Shown piece after piece: positions 9,544-20,035 of a DNA stretch of 57,709 nt (position 1 is the first letter of the stretch; each line of letters opens with the position of its first letter). Location of the stretch: positions 1-57,709 of the forward strand of contig JAAVZW010000010.1 of NCBI GenBank assembly GCA_022791835.1. Reading direction: 5' to 3'. The stretch is from Clostridia bacterium. Its GTDB lineage: Bacteria > Bacillota > Clostridia > TANB77 > CAG-508. The position numbers and the translations under genes are program-made. The notes beneath the pieces are model-generated. The model was not told where the DNA came from, made no database searches, and saw only the letters and a list, made by a program, of their open reading frames with translations.

Positions 9544-11616
9544 ATGTCAAACGATATCCTATTATATATTATGGGAGGCTCAATCGTAGTCTTAGTTGCA
9601 ATAATTGTAGCCTATATACTAATCAATAAAGCATTAAATAAAGGCGATAGGAAATATGTTAGAGAATTGCGCCAAGGCACAAAAACAAGCAAATTTTCAT
9701 CAGAAATACTATACCAAAAATTATACATGACATATGTAAAAATTCCAGGTATTAAAAGATATCTAGCAAAACTTAGAAGAAAGCTAGAAATAATAAATAT
9801 AGAAGATGAATACCAAACAAGGAGACAATCAGCCTCAATTATAACAAAATCATTATTAATAATAATACCATTAACAATATTAATAATAATAATGGCAAAA
9901 TCAAATATGCTATTATTATCAATACTTCTTGTATTTGAAATATTTATGATAGATACAGTCATTGACGGAATGGTAGGAAAACTTGATACAAAACTATTAA
10001 AACAACAAGTAGACTTCTTTTCAGAGATAAGACATGCATATCATGAATACAACATGGTAGAAGAAGCAATATATGAAGTATCACAAAATGATGAATTAGA
10101 AGTATCAAGACAAGGAGAAAAGATATATGAAATACTTATATCAGATGATCCAGAAGAAGAACTAGAAAAATACTATGATATTGCACCAAATAGTTACCTA
10201 AAGGAATTTGCAGGAATATCATACCTAACACGTGAATTTGGAGATAGGAAAACAAACGAAGGAGCTTCATTATATCTAAAAAACTTAAATAATATAACAC
10301 AAGAAATGCAGATAGAAATATTAAAAAGAGATAGATTAGACTATGTATTCCAAAGTTTAGCAGTTATATCAGTAGTGCCAATATTATTCATAGAAGCACT
10401 TAAAAATTGGGCAGTGTCAAACTTTAGTTTTACAGGCAGTTTCTATAATGGAAAACTAGGATTAATAATGCAAATTGCAATAGTAGTTATTACGTTAGTT
10501 TGCTATTTATTAGTTAGAAAAGTAAAAGACACAAATACTAATAGTAATATAAAAGACACTCAAAATCCATGGCAAGAAAAACTATATAAAAAGAAACCAA
10601 TTAAAAAATTTGTAGACCTATTTATACCAAAAAAGGGAACAAAAAAATATAAAGATATAAATAAATTATTAAAAGATGCAGCATCAAAAGATAAAATAGA
10701 ATGGATATATGTAACAAAATTAACATTAGTAGCAGTTGTATTTTGTATAACACTATTCCTAGCAGGACAACTGCATAGAGTATCTGTAGAATATATATAT
10801 ACAACTCCAACAACAACATACAATTTGATATCAATGTCAGAAAAACAAGAAAAAGAAGCAATGGATACTACAGAAATAGACAATATTTTTCTAGATATGT
10901 TTAGAAATCAAATGGATGTTACAGTAGAACAATTGAAAACAGAAATGAAGTATTCAGAATATTATAAAGGTGCATCAGATGAAGAAATTACACAAGCAGC
11001 AGAAAGAGTTTATACAAAATTGCAAGTAATACATAGTGAATATATTCAATGGTTTGAAGTATTAATAGCATTAATATTTTCAGCAATAGGATATATGGTA
11101 CCTACTTGGATGCTATATTTCCAAAAGATATTAAGACAACTAGAAATGGAAGACGAAGTTATGCAGTATCAGACGATAATACTGATGCTAATGAAAATAG
11201 AAAGAGTTAATGTAGAAATGATACTAGAATGGCTAGAAAGATATGCAAATATTTTCAAAGAGCCAATAACTAGATGCGTAAACAATTACGAAGCAGGAGC
11301 ATGGGAAGCATTAGAAACATTAAAAAATGAAATATCATATCAACAGTTAATAACAATAGTAGAAAGTTTACAAGCAGCTGTAGAAAGAATACCAATCAGA
11401 GAGGCTTTTGATGAACTAGATGCAGAAAGAGAATATTATCAAGATAAGAGAAAAGCAGCAAATGAAAAATTAATATCAAGAAAAGGATTAATAGGAAAAG
11501 CAATAGGATTTGCACCAATGATAGTATTGTTTGTTGGTTATCTAATAGTACCGCTAGTAGGTATAGGAATAATATCTATGGTATCGATGTTCACAGAAAT
11601 GGGCACAATGATGTAG
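9544..11616 (+). CDS. Large membrane platform protein, probable TadB-TadC fusion
   Basis: 690 aa with two repeats of TM pair / helical cytoplasmic domain / TM, directly after the ATPase. Confidence 0.65.
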   Translation: MSNDILLYIMGGSIVVLVAIIVAYILINKALNKGDRKYVRELRQGTKTSKFSSEILYQKLYMTYVKIPGIKRYLAKLRRKLEIINIEDEYQTRRQSASIITKSLLIIIPLTILIIIMAKSNMLLLSILLVFEIFMIDTVIDGMVGKLDTKLLKQQVDFFSEIRHAYHEYNMVEEAIYEVSQNDELEVSRQGEKIYEILISDDPEEELEKYYDIAPNSYLKEFAGISYLTREFGDRKTNEGASLYLKNLNNITQEMQIEILKRDRLDYVFQSLAVISVVPILFIEALKNWAVSNFSFTGSFYNGKLGLIMQIAIVVITLVCYLLVRKVKDTNTNSNIKDTQNPWQEKLYKKKPIKKFVDLFIPKKGTKKYKDINKLLKDAASKDKIEWIYVTKLTLVAVVFCITLFLAGQLHRVSVEYIYTTPTTTYNLISMSEKQEKEAMDTTEIDNIFLDMFRNQMDVTVEQLKTEMKYSEYYKGASDEEITQAAERVYTKLQVIHSEYIQWFEVLIALIFSAIGYMVPTWMLYFQKILRQLEMEDEVMQYQTIILMLMKIERVNVEMILEWLERYANIFKEPITRCVNNYEAGAWEALETLKNEISYQQLITIVESLQAAVERIPIREAFDELDAEREYYQDKRKAANEKLISRKGLIGKAIGFAPMIVLFVGYLIVPLVGIGIISMVSMFTEMGTMM

Positions 11617-11632
11617 GAGAAAGGAGTAGAAT

Positions 11633-12194
11633 ATGGAAAATGCATCAAAAGCAGTAATAATTGCAGGAGGAGTATTAATATCAATATGTGTAATATCAAT
11701 ATTCTACTTCATGTTTAGACAAATTGGAGACACAGTAGAAGTTACACAGCCCAATACAGCACAAAAAGAGCTAAAAGATTTTAACACAGGTTTTGAAGCA
11801 TATAATAAAAAGCTGATGTATGGTGCAGATATTATAAGCGTACTAAATAAGGCGATAGATAATAATAGAAGATATAAAATTGAATTTTTTAATAATCCTA
11901 AAGAACCAGATTATATAGATTTCTATGTAAATGTAATATTTACATATGAAGGTAAAACATATAGCTTAAAAGATGACTTTACAGAATATACAGCTACGAG
12001 AAGAAACATAATACAAAAAGAGTTTTTAGATAAAGTAGGACTTAAAGAAACAGATACAGAAAACATATTTAAGTTTAAAGTGTCTGGATTTAAGTGCACT
12101 CGGTGTAAAGTATAATGGAAATAAGGATACAAAAAATACACTAGCAATTGGTAGAGTCAAAGAAATGAAATTTGAAAAATTTGAACAAAAATAA
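11633..12194 (+). CDS. Pilin-like protein (MENASKA family), CGG +1 site at 12101
   Basis: MENASKAVIIAGG hydrophobic N-terminus; ACT-CGG-T skip gives FKCT-G-VKYN...GRVKEMKF, matching paralogue FKCTEIEYN..KRVSKIKV. Confidence 0.75.
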
Positions 12195-12207
12195 TAGGAG
12201 GTAAGCA

Positions 12208-12751
12208 ATGGAAAATGCATCAAAAGCCTTATTAATTGCAGGTGCTGTCCTAATTCGGAGTTATGATTTTTCTATTTTTCTTCTTTGAATTAAGTTACAT
12301 GGGTACAATGTCTGGAACAGTAACTGATAATATGGAAGAACAAAAAATACAAGAATTTAATGCACAATTTTTAGGCTTTGCTGATAGAGGAGATTTTGGA
12401 TATGCAGGTAAAAAAGATGCAATATCAGTTCAGGAATTTGTCAAACTATATAATTTGATAAAAAATTGGAATGAAAAAAATCCATCAGATATGATAAAAA
12501 TAAAATTTGCAACAAATAATGAGGCAATAACTATAGCAGAGAAACCAGTAGACATTAGATCATACTTAAAAGAATTTAAACCTACATCAGAAGAAATACT
12601 ATCTTACTATTTTAAAGACGAAAGAGAACCAAACCCAAACTTAAGGAACAAATCAGAACAATATTATTTTGAATTTAAGAGTATTGAAGCAAAAAGAGAA
12701 AATTCAAGAGGAAGAATTTCGGAGATAACTCTAAGAATGAAAAAGATATAA
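12208..12751 (+). CDS. Pilin-like protein (MENASKA family), CGG +1 site at 12256
   Basis: GGAGG RBS, MENASKALLIAGAVLI then ATT-CGG-A skip gives G-VMIFLFFFF joining ORF 12263. Confidence 0.8.
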
Positions 12752-12799
12752 GGCTTGCAAAAATAAACAAAAAGTGCTATAATATAAAGAGGAATTAAA

Positions 12800-13252
12800 A
12801 TGAAAAAGGTCATATTATCAATATTATTACTATTATTAGTAATAATAATAATAGTAGTAGTCAAAATAAGCGATAAAGGAATTGTCCAGACAGCAACTAA
12901 GCAATTTAATGCAAGGTTTGAAGCATATAAAGATAAAACAATATATGGAGCAGACATACTATCAATAATAAACAAAGCAATAGATAATAACAGAATACAA
13001 AATATACCAAAAGATGAAGAAGGTAACTACATAGAAAATGATACTTCATCAATAAAAGTTGATATTACCTTACTAAGTACAGATGAAGATAACAATGTAA
13101 TAGAAGTAACATATCCAATGGAAAGATTACAACAAGTAGGACTAGAAGGATTTATACAAAATTTTTCGTTGGTAGAATTTAAATGTACAGAAATAGAGTA
13201 CAACAAGCAAAAACGAGTATCAAAAATAAAGGTAAAACAGCTCGAAATTTAA
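12800..13252 (+). CDS. Pilin-like paralogue
   Basis: N-terminal TM; FNARFEAY..IYGADILSIINKAIDNN shared with 11633. Confidence 0.7.
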   Translation: MKKVILSILLLLLVIIIIVVVKISDKGIVQTATKQFNARFEAYKDKTIYGADILSIINKAIDNNRIQNIPKDEEGNYIENDTSSIKVDITLLSTDEDNNVIEVTYPMERLQQVGLEGFIQNFSLVEFKCTEIEYNKQKRVSKIKVKQLEI

Positions 13253-13271
13253 ATAAATTAAGACTTTATTG

Positions 13272-13299
13272 TTGACATTATAAAAAATAATGTTAAAAT
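13272..13299 (+). promoter_or_regulatory. Sigma-A-type promoter internal to the pilus locus
   Basis: TTGACA at 13272 and TG-N-TAAAAT at 13294. Confidence 0.6.
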
Positions 13300-13345
13300 A
13301 TATATAAATAATAAATGTATATGAACGCACAAAGGAGGAAATATT

Positions 13346-13768
13346 ATGGAAAACGCGTCAAAAGCATTAATCATAGCAGGAGCTATATTAATTTCAATTT
13401 TATTAATAAGTGTAGGAATTTTAGTAATGAGATCTGCAGATGAGGTAGTAGCAGGTGGAGGAAAAGCAATGGACAAGCAAGCGAAGGATATATTTAATGC
13501 ACAATTCACAAGCTATGCAGGAGAACAAAAAGGAACAATTGTAAAGCAATTATTAAATGATGTAATCTCAAGTAATGCAGTATATGGTGAAGAAGAACAA
13601 GTTAAAGTAACAGGAATAGGAACTGATCCAGCAGCTTTATTATCAACAGTTAAACCTTCAGTTAAATATAATGTTGAAATGAAAATGAGCAAATATGGTA
13701 TAGTATCAGAAATAAATATAACACAAGTAGGAGGAACTACTGCAGGTGGAGGAACTACAACACCATAA
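13346..13768 (+). CDS. Pilin-like protein (MENASKA family), candidate major pilin
   Basis: MENASKALIIAGAILISILLISVG; AAAGGAGG RBS; own promoter. Confidence 0.75.
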   Translation: MENASKALIIAGAILISILLISVGILVMRSADEVVAGGGKAMDKQAKDIFNAQFTSYAGEQKGTIVKQLLNDVISSNAVYGEEEQVKVTGIGTDPAALLSTVKPSVKYNVEMKMSKYGIVSEINITQVGGTTAGGGTTTP

Positions 13769-13811
13769 CAAATTAAACACAGATAAACTACTTTAGGAAG
13801 GAAAATAAACT

Positions 13812-14689
13812 ATGGAGAATGTAGCTGAAGCATTAAAGCTTGGTTTTGCAGTGTTAGTATTTATGGTAGCACTTGTACTACTCTTTAATGTAGCAACTAC
13901 TGCAAGAACTACAGCAGAAAGTGTTATTCAAAGCATGGATAGAACAACATATCATACTTATTTACAAGGGGACGAAAGATTTGTAGACGATAATCGGAAA
14001 CAGAATAGTAACACTAGAAGAAATGATACCAGCCTTATATAGATACGCCACAGAAAGCTATGGTGTAACTATAATAGACATGAGAGAAAGTAATGATATT
14101 AAAATAGTAGCAAGGTTTGACACAGATACAGAAGACGTATGTAGCAATTGGTATGGAAGACCTACTGATACGCCATTTCAAGTTGCTAATAGAAAATGCA
14201 AAGTTCTATTTGAAATAAATGATTATGTGATAGCACCTACTATTGGAAATAGTTATAAATTAGATACAAACGTAGAAGTGAACGAAAGTGGCGACTATGT
14301 AAAAGGTACATTTAATGACTTAGAGGCCTTATTTAAAAAAATATATAAACAAAGTCCAAATAGAAATCACCCTAGAGAATTTACATGTGCATGGAATGGT
14401 TATAGCAGTCTTACAGCACAAAGAGTAGATTCAGATATATCACGGAATTACAGCTTTTTTTAATACACATAGTTTAGGACAGCAAGGGAATGGAACAGGA
14501 GAAAATCATGTGCCATATGTAAATATGTCATCAAAATATAAAAATAGCAGATTTGTAGAATATTTAACTATACATGATACAAATGAATATATGACAACAG
14601 AAGAAGAGGATGATAAGTTATATGCAGGAGGACTCAGAAACCCAGAAAAAAGAGAAATAATATATGTATACTTAGATGAAAAGGCATAA
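13812..14689 (+). CDS. Pilin-like protein (about 291 aa), CGG +1 sites at 13995 and 14443
   Basis: MENVAEALKLGFAV N-terminus; AAT-CGG-A and TCA-CGG-A skips join three open segments ending at TAA 14689, just before the next RBS. Confidence 0.75.
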
Positions 14690-14708
14690 ATAAAAGGAGG
14701 AGAAGCAT

Positions 14709-15236
14709 ATGGGAGATTCATTAATAACAATTGTAGCAATATTGTTAACCGCGATACTTATGTTTGTATTTCCACTAATGGCAATGTCAGAAAGAAATGA
14801 TGATGTATCACAACTTACAGTACAAACTGCTGTATCAGAATTTACAAACAATGCAGCTACTATAGGTAAAATAACAACGGCAGATTACGAAAAATTAGTT
14901 GCAGCATTATATGCTACAGGAAACACATATGATGTAGAAATAGAAATACGTGTATTCGACGATAACCCAGCAAAGAAGCAACAAGCTCTTATGGGAAACG
15001 ACGATAAAGTAGGAGAAAACATCTATTATTCTATATATACAACTCAAGTAATGGAAGAATTAGATGAAAAGGGAACAAAATACATGAAAGACGGAGACCA
15101 ATTAATAGTAAAAGCAGTAAATACTAATAATACAATATCTCAAATGCTAAAAAGCTTCTTTTATGGCTTAACAGGAAACAATACATATAGCATAGTTGGT
15201 TCTGAATCCGCACAAGTAACAGCAACAGGAAGATAA
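14709..15236 (+). CDS. TadE-like minor pilin / membrane-anchored protein
   Basis: N-terminal TM MGDSLITIVAILLTAILMFVFPL; locus context. Confidence 0.6.
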   Translation: MGDSLITIVAILLTAILMFVFPLMAMSERNDDVSQLTVQTAVSEFTNNAATIGKITTADYEKLVAALYATGNTYDVEIEIRVFDDNPAKKQQALMGNDDKVGENIYYSIYTTQVMEELDEKGTKYMKDGDQLIVKAVNTNNTISQMLKSFFYGLTGNNTYSIVGSESAQVTATGR

Positions 15237-15322
15237 ATAAAAAGCAAATAATTAAGCCTTTATCTGTAGTTTTAAACTAAAAGGGTAAAGGCTCATTTTT
15301 ACAAAAGGAGAAGGGAAATAAT

Positions 15323-16651
15323 ATGAAATTACAACACTTAATAATAATATTTTTAGCCATAGCATTACCAGTAATTATTGTATTATCTTTCTATGTAACA
15401 ATGCAAGTAGATACTGCAAGATTAAGAGTTAATTACAACGATTATCTTTCAGGAGCAGCACATGATACAATAGTGGCATTCCAGCAAAATACACTAGGAG
15501 ATAAATATTCAACAGTTGCAGATACAAAAATAAGAGATATAGAAGCTGCACTAAATGTTTTTTCTATGAGAATGGCAACATCATTTGGAAGTACTGGTGC
15601 AAGTACAAGTGAAATGATGGCATGTGTACCAGCTTTAGTATTTACTTTGTATGATGGATATTATATATATACACCTACAAAAACGTGGGATAGTAATAAA
15701 TTTAAACATGAATTAAAATCATATGTATATTACACAAAAAAATATACAAATGCAACAAATACAAAAATACTTACAATAAATTATTCAATAGATAATTATG
15801 TAGCAGTATATTTCTATAAGGGAACAGAATATCAGTCAAGAGCAGGATATCTAGAAGTTGAGCCAAGAAATAGAGATGAATTTCTTGCAAATTTAGGAGA
15901 TGACAGCAATGAGAATGTAAAAAAAGCAAGGCAATACTATATAGATGCATGGGATTTCACATCATGGTTTAATGATAGAGTTAGAGAAATAGGAACAGAT
16001 AGTGAAAATAGAGATTTGTTAGAGCTATTAGAAATAACAAGAACAAATGGCAACTCAGCACTTCCAAGGACAGCATCAAGGTTTAATGATGAAAAGTATG
16101 ATGTAATAAAAAACAGTCTTACAAAGAACTTAACACAAGCAATGTATGTATATAGTAAACACTCAACAATCGATTTCCAAATGCCAGACCTTTCTCCAAC
16201 AGACTGGGATACTATATTAAATAATATATGTTTCATAGCATTTATGCAAGGAATGCCAGTAGGAACAACTGTATATAATGATTATACAATTGCAGTAAGT
16301 ACAGAAAACAAAGAAACTGTGAATTCAAATGATATTTATTATGTAGGCGATGATGGCTCATATCATAGAATATGGTGTCCACATTTGACAGGCAATATAC
16401 AGGGAATAAATAAAATTCAATTCAAAAATCAAGAATCAGCAACACACAAAATTGTACCAGCTTGCTATTACTGCATGATAAATGCATCTAATCCAAATAT
16501 AGAGTATATTGATATATATAAAGAAAAATATGAACCAAGAAATTATAACGAATCAGCAAGAAAAATAGCATTTTATTCAGCAATTGCAAATGAAAAATTA
16601 AAATTAGTAAAAGCTTCTAACTATATAAATGGTAGTGGATTAATGAAATAA
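15323..16651 (+). CDS. Large membrane-anchored protein ending the pilus locus
   Basis: N-terminal TM; C-terminal YHRIWCPH...CYYC possible metal site. Confidence 0.6.
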   Translation: MKLQHLIIIFLAIALPVIIVLSFYVTMQVDTARLRVNYNDYLSGAAHDTIVAFQQNTLGDKYSTVADTKIRDIEAALNVFSMRMATSFGSTGASTSEMMACVPALVFTLYDGYYIYTPTKTWDSNKFKHELKSYVYYTKKYTNATNTKILTINYSIDNYVAVYFYKGTEYQSRAGYLEVEPRNRDEFLANLGDDSNENVKKARQYYIDAWDFTSWFNDRVREIGTDSENRDLLELLEITRTNGNSALPRTASRFNDEKYDVIKNSLTKNLTQAMYVYSKHSTIDFQMPDLSPTDWDTILNNICFIAFMQGMPVGTTVYNDYTIAVSTENKETVNSNDIYYVGDDGSYHRIWCPHLTGNIQGINKIQFKNQESATHKIVPACYYCMINASNPNIEYIDIYKEKYEPRNYNESARKIAFYSAIANEKLKLVKASNYINGSGLMK

Positions 16652-16654
16652 ATA

Positions 16655-16770
16655 AAAAAACGGAACTAATATTTTCTAAGCTTATCCTTCGCCAAGAAAA
16701 TCTAAGTTTCGCATAATTATCTTCTACGTCAATTACACGCTATGCGCGTACTTTCCTAGAATATAAAAAA
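16655..16770 (+). repeat. Dispersed ~115-bp repeat family A, full copy
   Basis: Near-identical reverse complement of 25375-25490. Confidence 0.9.
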
Positions 16771-16850
16771 TTTGCCAGATAGTCTGGCGGATTTTTTTTG
16801 CTTATTTGGTTATAATATAATTGCAAAAATTTTGTAAGAAGGTAACTAAA

Positions 16851-18113
16851 ATGAAAGATAATATAAAGAAAAAGTATGTAGGAGCTATTTTATTTATATT
16901 GCTAGCCCTTTTAATTTATATAAGTAACATATCAAATATGCCAGAAAATATAGTCCTTTTTGAAGGAGAACCTTTAAATATCAAGACAGTTTTAGGAATA
17001 AATATAACCACAACTTCTTCAACTAATCCAAACATAGAAAAGATAGAAAATAAACAAACAATTACAGTTTCAGCAAATACATCTGACCAAAATCATACAG
17101 GAAATCTCAATTTACAAGTATCATTTTTAGGCATAAAAGTAAAAAATATAAATGTAGATATAATAGAAAATGCAGAAGTAGTACCAATAGGAAATCTTAT
17201 AGGAGTTAAGCTTTATACAAATGGAGTTCTTGTTGTAGGTATGTCAGAAATAGAAGATGAAAGAGAAGGAAAAGTTAAACCATATGAAGGTTCAGGAATT
17301 GAAGAAGGAGATATAATAGTAGGAATAAATGAAAATATAGTAACCTGCACAGATGAGCTAACTAAATATATAAATGAAGCTAAGGGAAATGATATGAAGG
17401 TTACTTATATAAGAAATGGAGAAGAATTGAACACTAATATGAAAGCAGTACAATCAAGTGATAATTCATACAAAATAGGGCTATGGGTAAGAGATACAGC
17501 AGCAGGAGTACGGTACTGCTAGTTTTTATGAACCCAAATCAAAGAAATTTGCAAGCTTAGGACATGGAATTGTTGATGCAGATACAGAACAATTAGTAGA
17601 AATTGCATCAGGAGATATTGTTACTGCCAATATATTATCAATTGTTAAAGGTACAGAAGGAAATCCGCGGAAGAATACAAGGTTCAATAGAAGGTAGACC
17701 TACAATAGGGACGATATATAAAAACACACCTTATGGAGTATATGGATATTTAAATAATCCAGGATATTTGGATGTAAATACAAATAAAAAGCTGCCAGTT
17801 GCTCTTAGGAATGAAATAAGAACTGGAAAGGCAACTATTATTACTGCTTTAGATAATGAGCCTGCAAAGGAATATGAAGTTGAGATAGAGAGGATTTATA
17901 CTAATAATAATATAGATAATAAGAGTATGGTAATTAGAATTACAGATTCAAGGCTTTTAGAGAAAGCAGGTGGGATAGTACAAGGGATGAGTGGAAGTCC
18001 TATAATACAAAATCGGTAAATTAGTTGGAGCTTTGACGCATGTTATGGTGAATGATTTACAACTTGGATATGCAGTTTTTGCAGAGACTATGGTTAAGCA
18101 GATGAGTGAGTGA
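16851..18113 (+). CDS. spoIVB: SpoIVB serine peptidase (about 419 aa), CGG +1 sites at 17511, 17668, 18014
   Basis: Skips restore WVRDTAAGV-G-T, LGHG, GNP-G-R and GMSGSPIIQN-G-KLVGALTHV. Confidence 0.93.
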
Positions 18114-18528
18114 GTTTGAGGGTGTACTAAAATTAACGGCAAGCTACCTTTTGATAAGTTTTTTTAAAATTTGTTTCCGCCAAGGCATACGCGGGTCGCT
18201 TCGCTATAACTTATCTCTAACTCACTGCGTTCGAAGAGCTAAGAAAATGCCCCACGCCTCAAAGGGCTGTCGTCAACGAAATTTTAAAAAAATTATCAAA
18301 ACGCATGCCTGTATGATACTGTTTTTAATTTGTATCGCACAGGCACGCGTTTTGGGAAAGATTTATATTTTTAGTGCCGACGCGCATGGAAGCTCCCCGT
18401 GGCGACAGCCAGAAGTGACCCTAGGCGAATGGAGGGTCCGAAGGAGCCCGACAGCAAGGAGGCGCTAAAAATATAAATCTTTCCCAAAAGGTAGCTTGCC
18501 GTTAATTATAGTAGCAACTTAAACTCAC
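18110..18528. mobile_element. MITE/REPIN-like structured element B, copy 1, with ~43-bp terminal inverted repeats
   Basis: GTGAGTTTGAG...AATTAACGGCAAGCTACCTTTT paired with AAAAGGTAGCTTGCCGTTAATT...AAACTCAC; two internal long hairpins; homologous to 50138-50490. Confidence 0.7.
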
Positions 18529-18542
18529 GATTCTTCGAAGCC

Positions 18543-19926
18543 TTACTTCAAAAGCATAGGCCCAATTTCAGTTACAGTTCCAGCACCAAGAGTAAGTACA
18601 ACATCATCTGGCTTAGCACTTCTTTTCAAAAAGCTAACAATATTCTCAAACTCAGAAATATATTGCACAGGTTTACCTAATCCATTTAGCTTATCAACTA
18701 AATCCTTAGAAGTAATATTAAAAATATTCTTCTCTCTAGCAGCATAAACATCAGTAATAATCACATGATCAAACCCAAGTAAAGAATCAGCAAAATCATC
18801 TAGCAAATTTTTAAGTCTGCTAAAAGTATGAGGCTGGAATATAACCCAAGACTCATTAAACACTTTTCTATTAAGTGCATCAGAAGTAGCTTTTATTTCA
18901 GTAGGGTGATGAGCATAGTCGTCATATACAGAAACACTATTAAATTCACCTTTATATTCAAGCCTTCTATTAGCACCAGTAAATGAAATAAAGGCTTCTT
19001 TTATAGCAGTATTTGGTATACCATATTCATTACATAAAGCAACACAAGCAGTTGCATTTAGTACATTGTGCATACCAGATATAGATAGTTTAAAACTATC
19101 TAGGAAAGCCCCATTTTTATATACATCAAAACTTGCAAAACCATTTTTATCGAACTTAATATTTTTTGAGACAAAATTTGCATTTGTATTACAAATTCCA
19201 AAAGTTAGACATTTTGCCTTTGTATATTCTTTCAAATCTTCACAATTCTTATCATCTGCATTATATACAAGTAAACCATTTTCAGGCAAAAGTTTTATGT
19301 ACTTAGTAAATGCAGATTTTATATTATCGAAGTTTTTGAAATAATCTAAATGGTCATTATCTATATTAAGTACAATTTCTGTTTTTGGGTGGAAGTTTAA
19401 AAAACTTTCTACATATTCACATGCTTCAAGTATTAAATAGTCACTATTTCCAATTCTATAATTTCCATCTAATTGTTTCAATAAAGCTCCTACTTGCACA
19501 TTAGGGTCAAAGCCTGCTTTTATAAAACAAAGAGAAACTAGAGAAGTAGTTGTGGTTTTTCCATGAGTACCAGATATACCAATAGTTTCTTTAAAAGCTT
19601 CTGTAAGCTTTCCAAGAAAAACTGCTCTTTCACATGTTTTAATATTTAATCTATGAGCTTCAACAAGTTCTACATCATCACTTGCGATAGCAGCAGTATA
19701 TACTACCAAATCCGCATTTTTAATTTTGCTTAAATCACTTCCGAATAGTAACATCAATTCCATGAGAAATCAAACGCTCAGTAATTTCAGATTTAGCCCA
19801 GTCGCTACCAGTAACATGAACACCGAGACTCTTAATAGTCTCAGCAATTCCACTCATACTAATCCCACCAATTCCTATGAAATGGATATTTTTATACTTT
19901 TTTATATCATCAATAGCATTAGACAT
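18543..19926 (-). CDS. murC: UDP-N-acetylmuramate--L-alanine ligase (about 460 aa), CGG +1 site at complement 19741-19743
   Basis: [29 protein letters not shown]; ATT-CGG-A skip gives GIDVTI-G-SD. Confidence 0.95.
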
Positions 19927-20035
19927 TTTGCCCCTCCAAATTTTATTTTATTACTTTTTCAAACGTTATAATTATATAATTATTATATGAATATTTCAAG
20001 GCTTTTGGTGTAAAAAGGGGAGAAATAATATGAAT

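Noticed and set aside
18106-18468. 120-aa ORF
   Set aside because: Lies wholly within palindromic element B, with atypical composition and no RBS.
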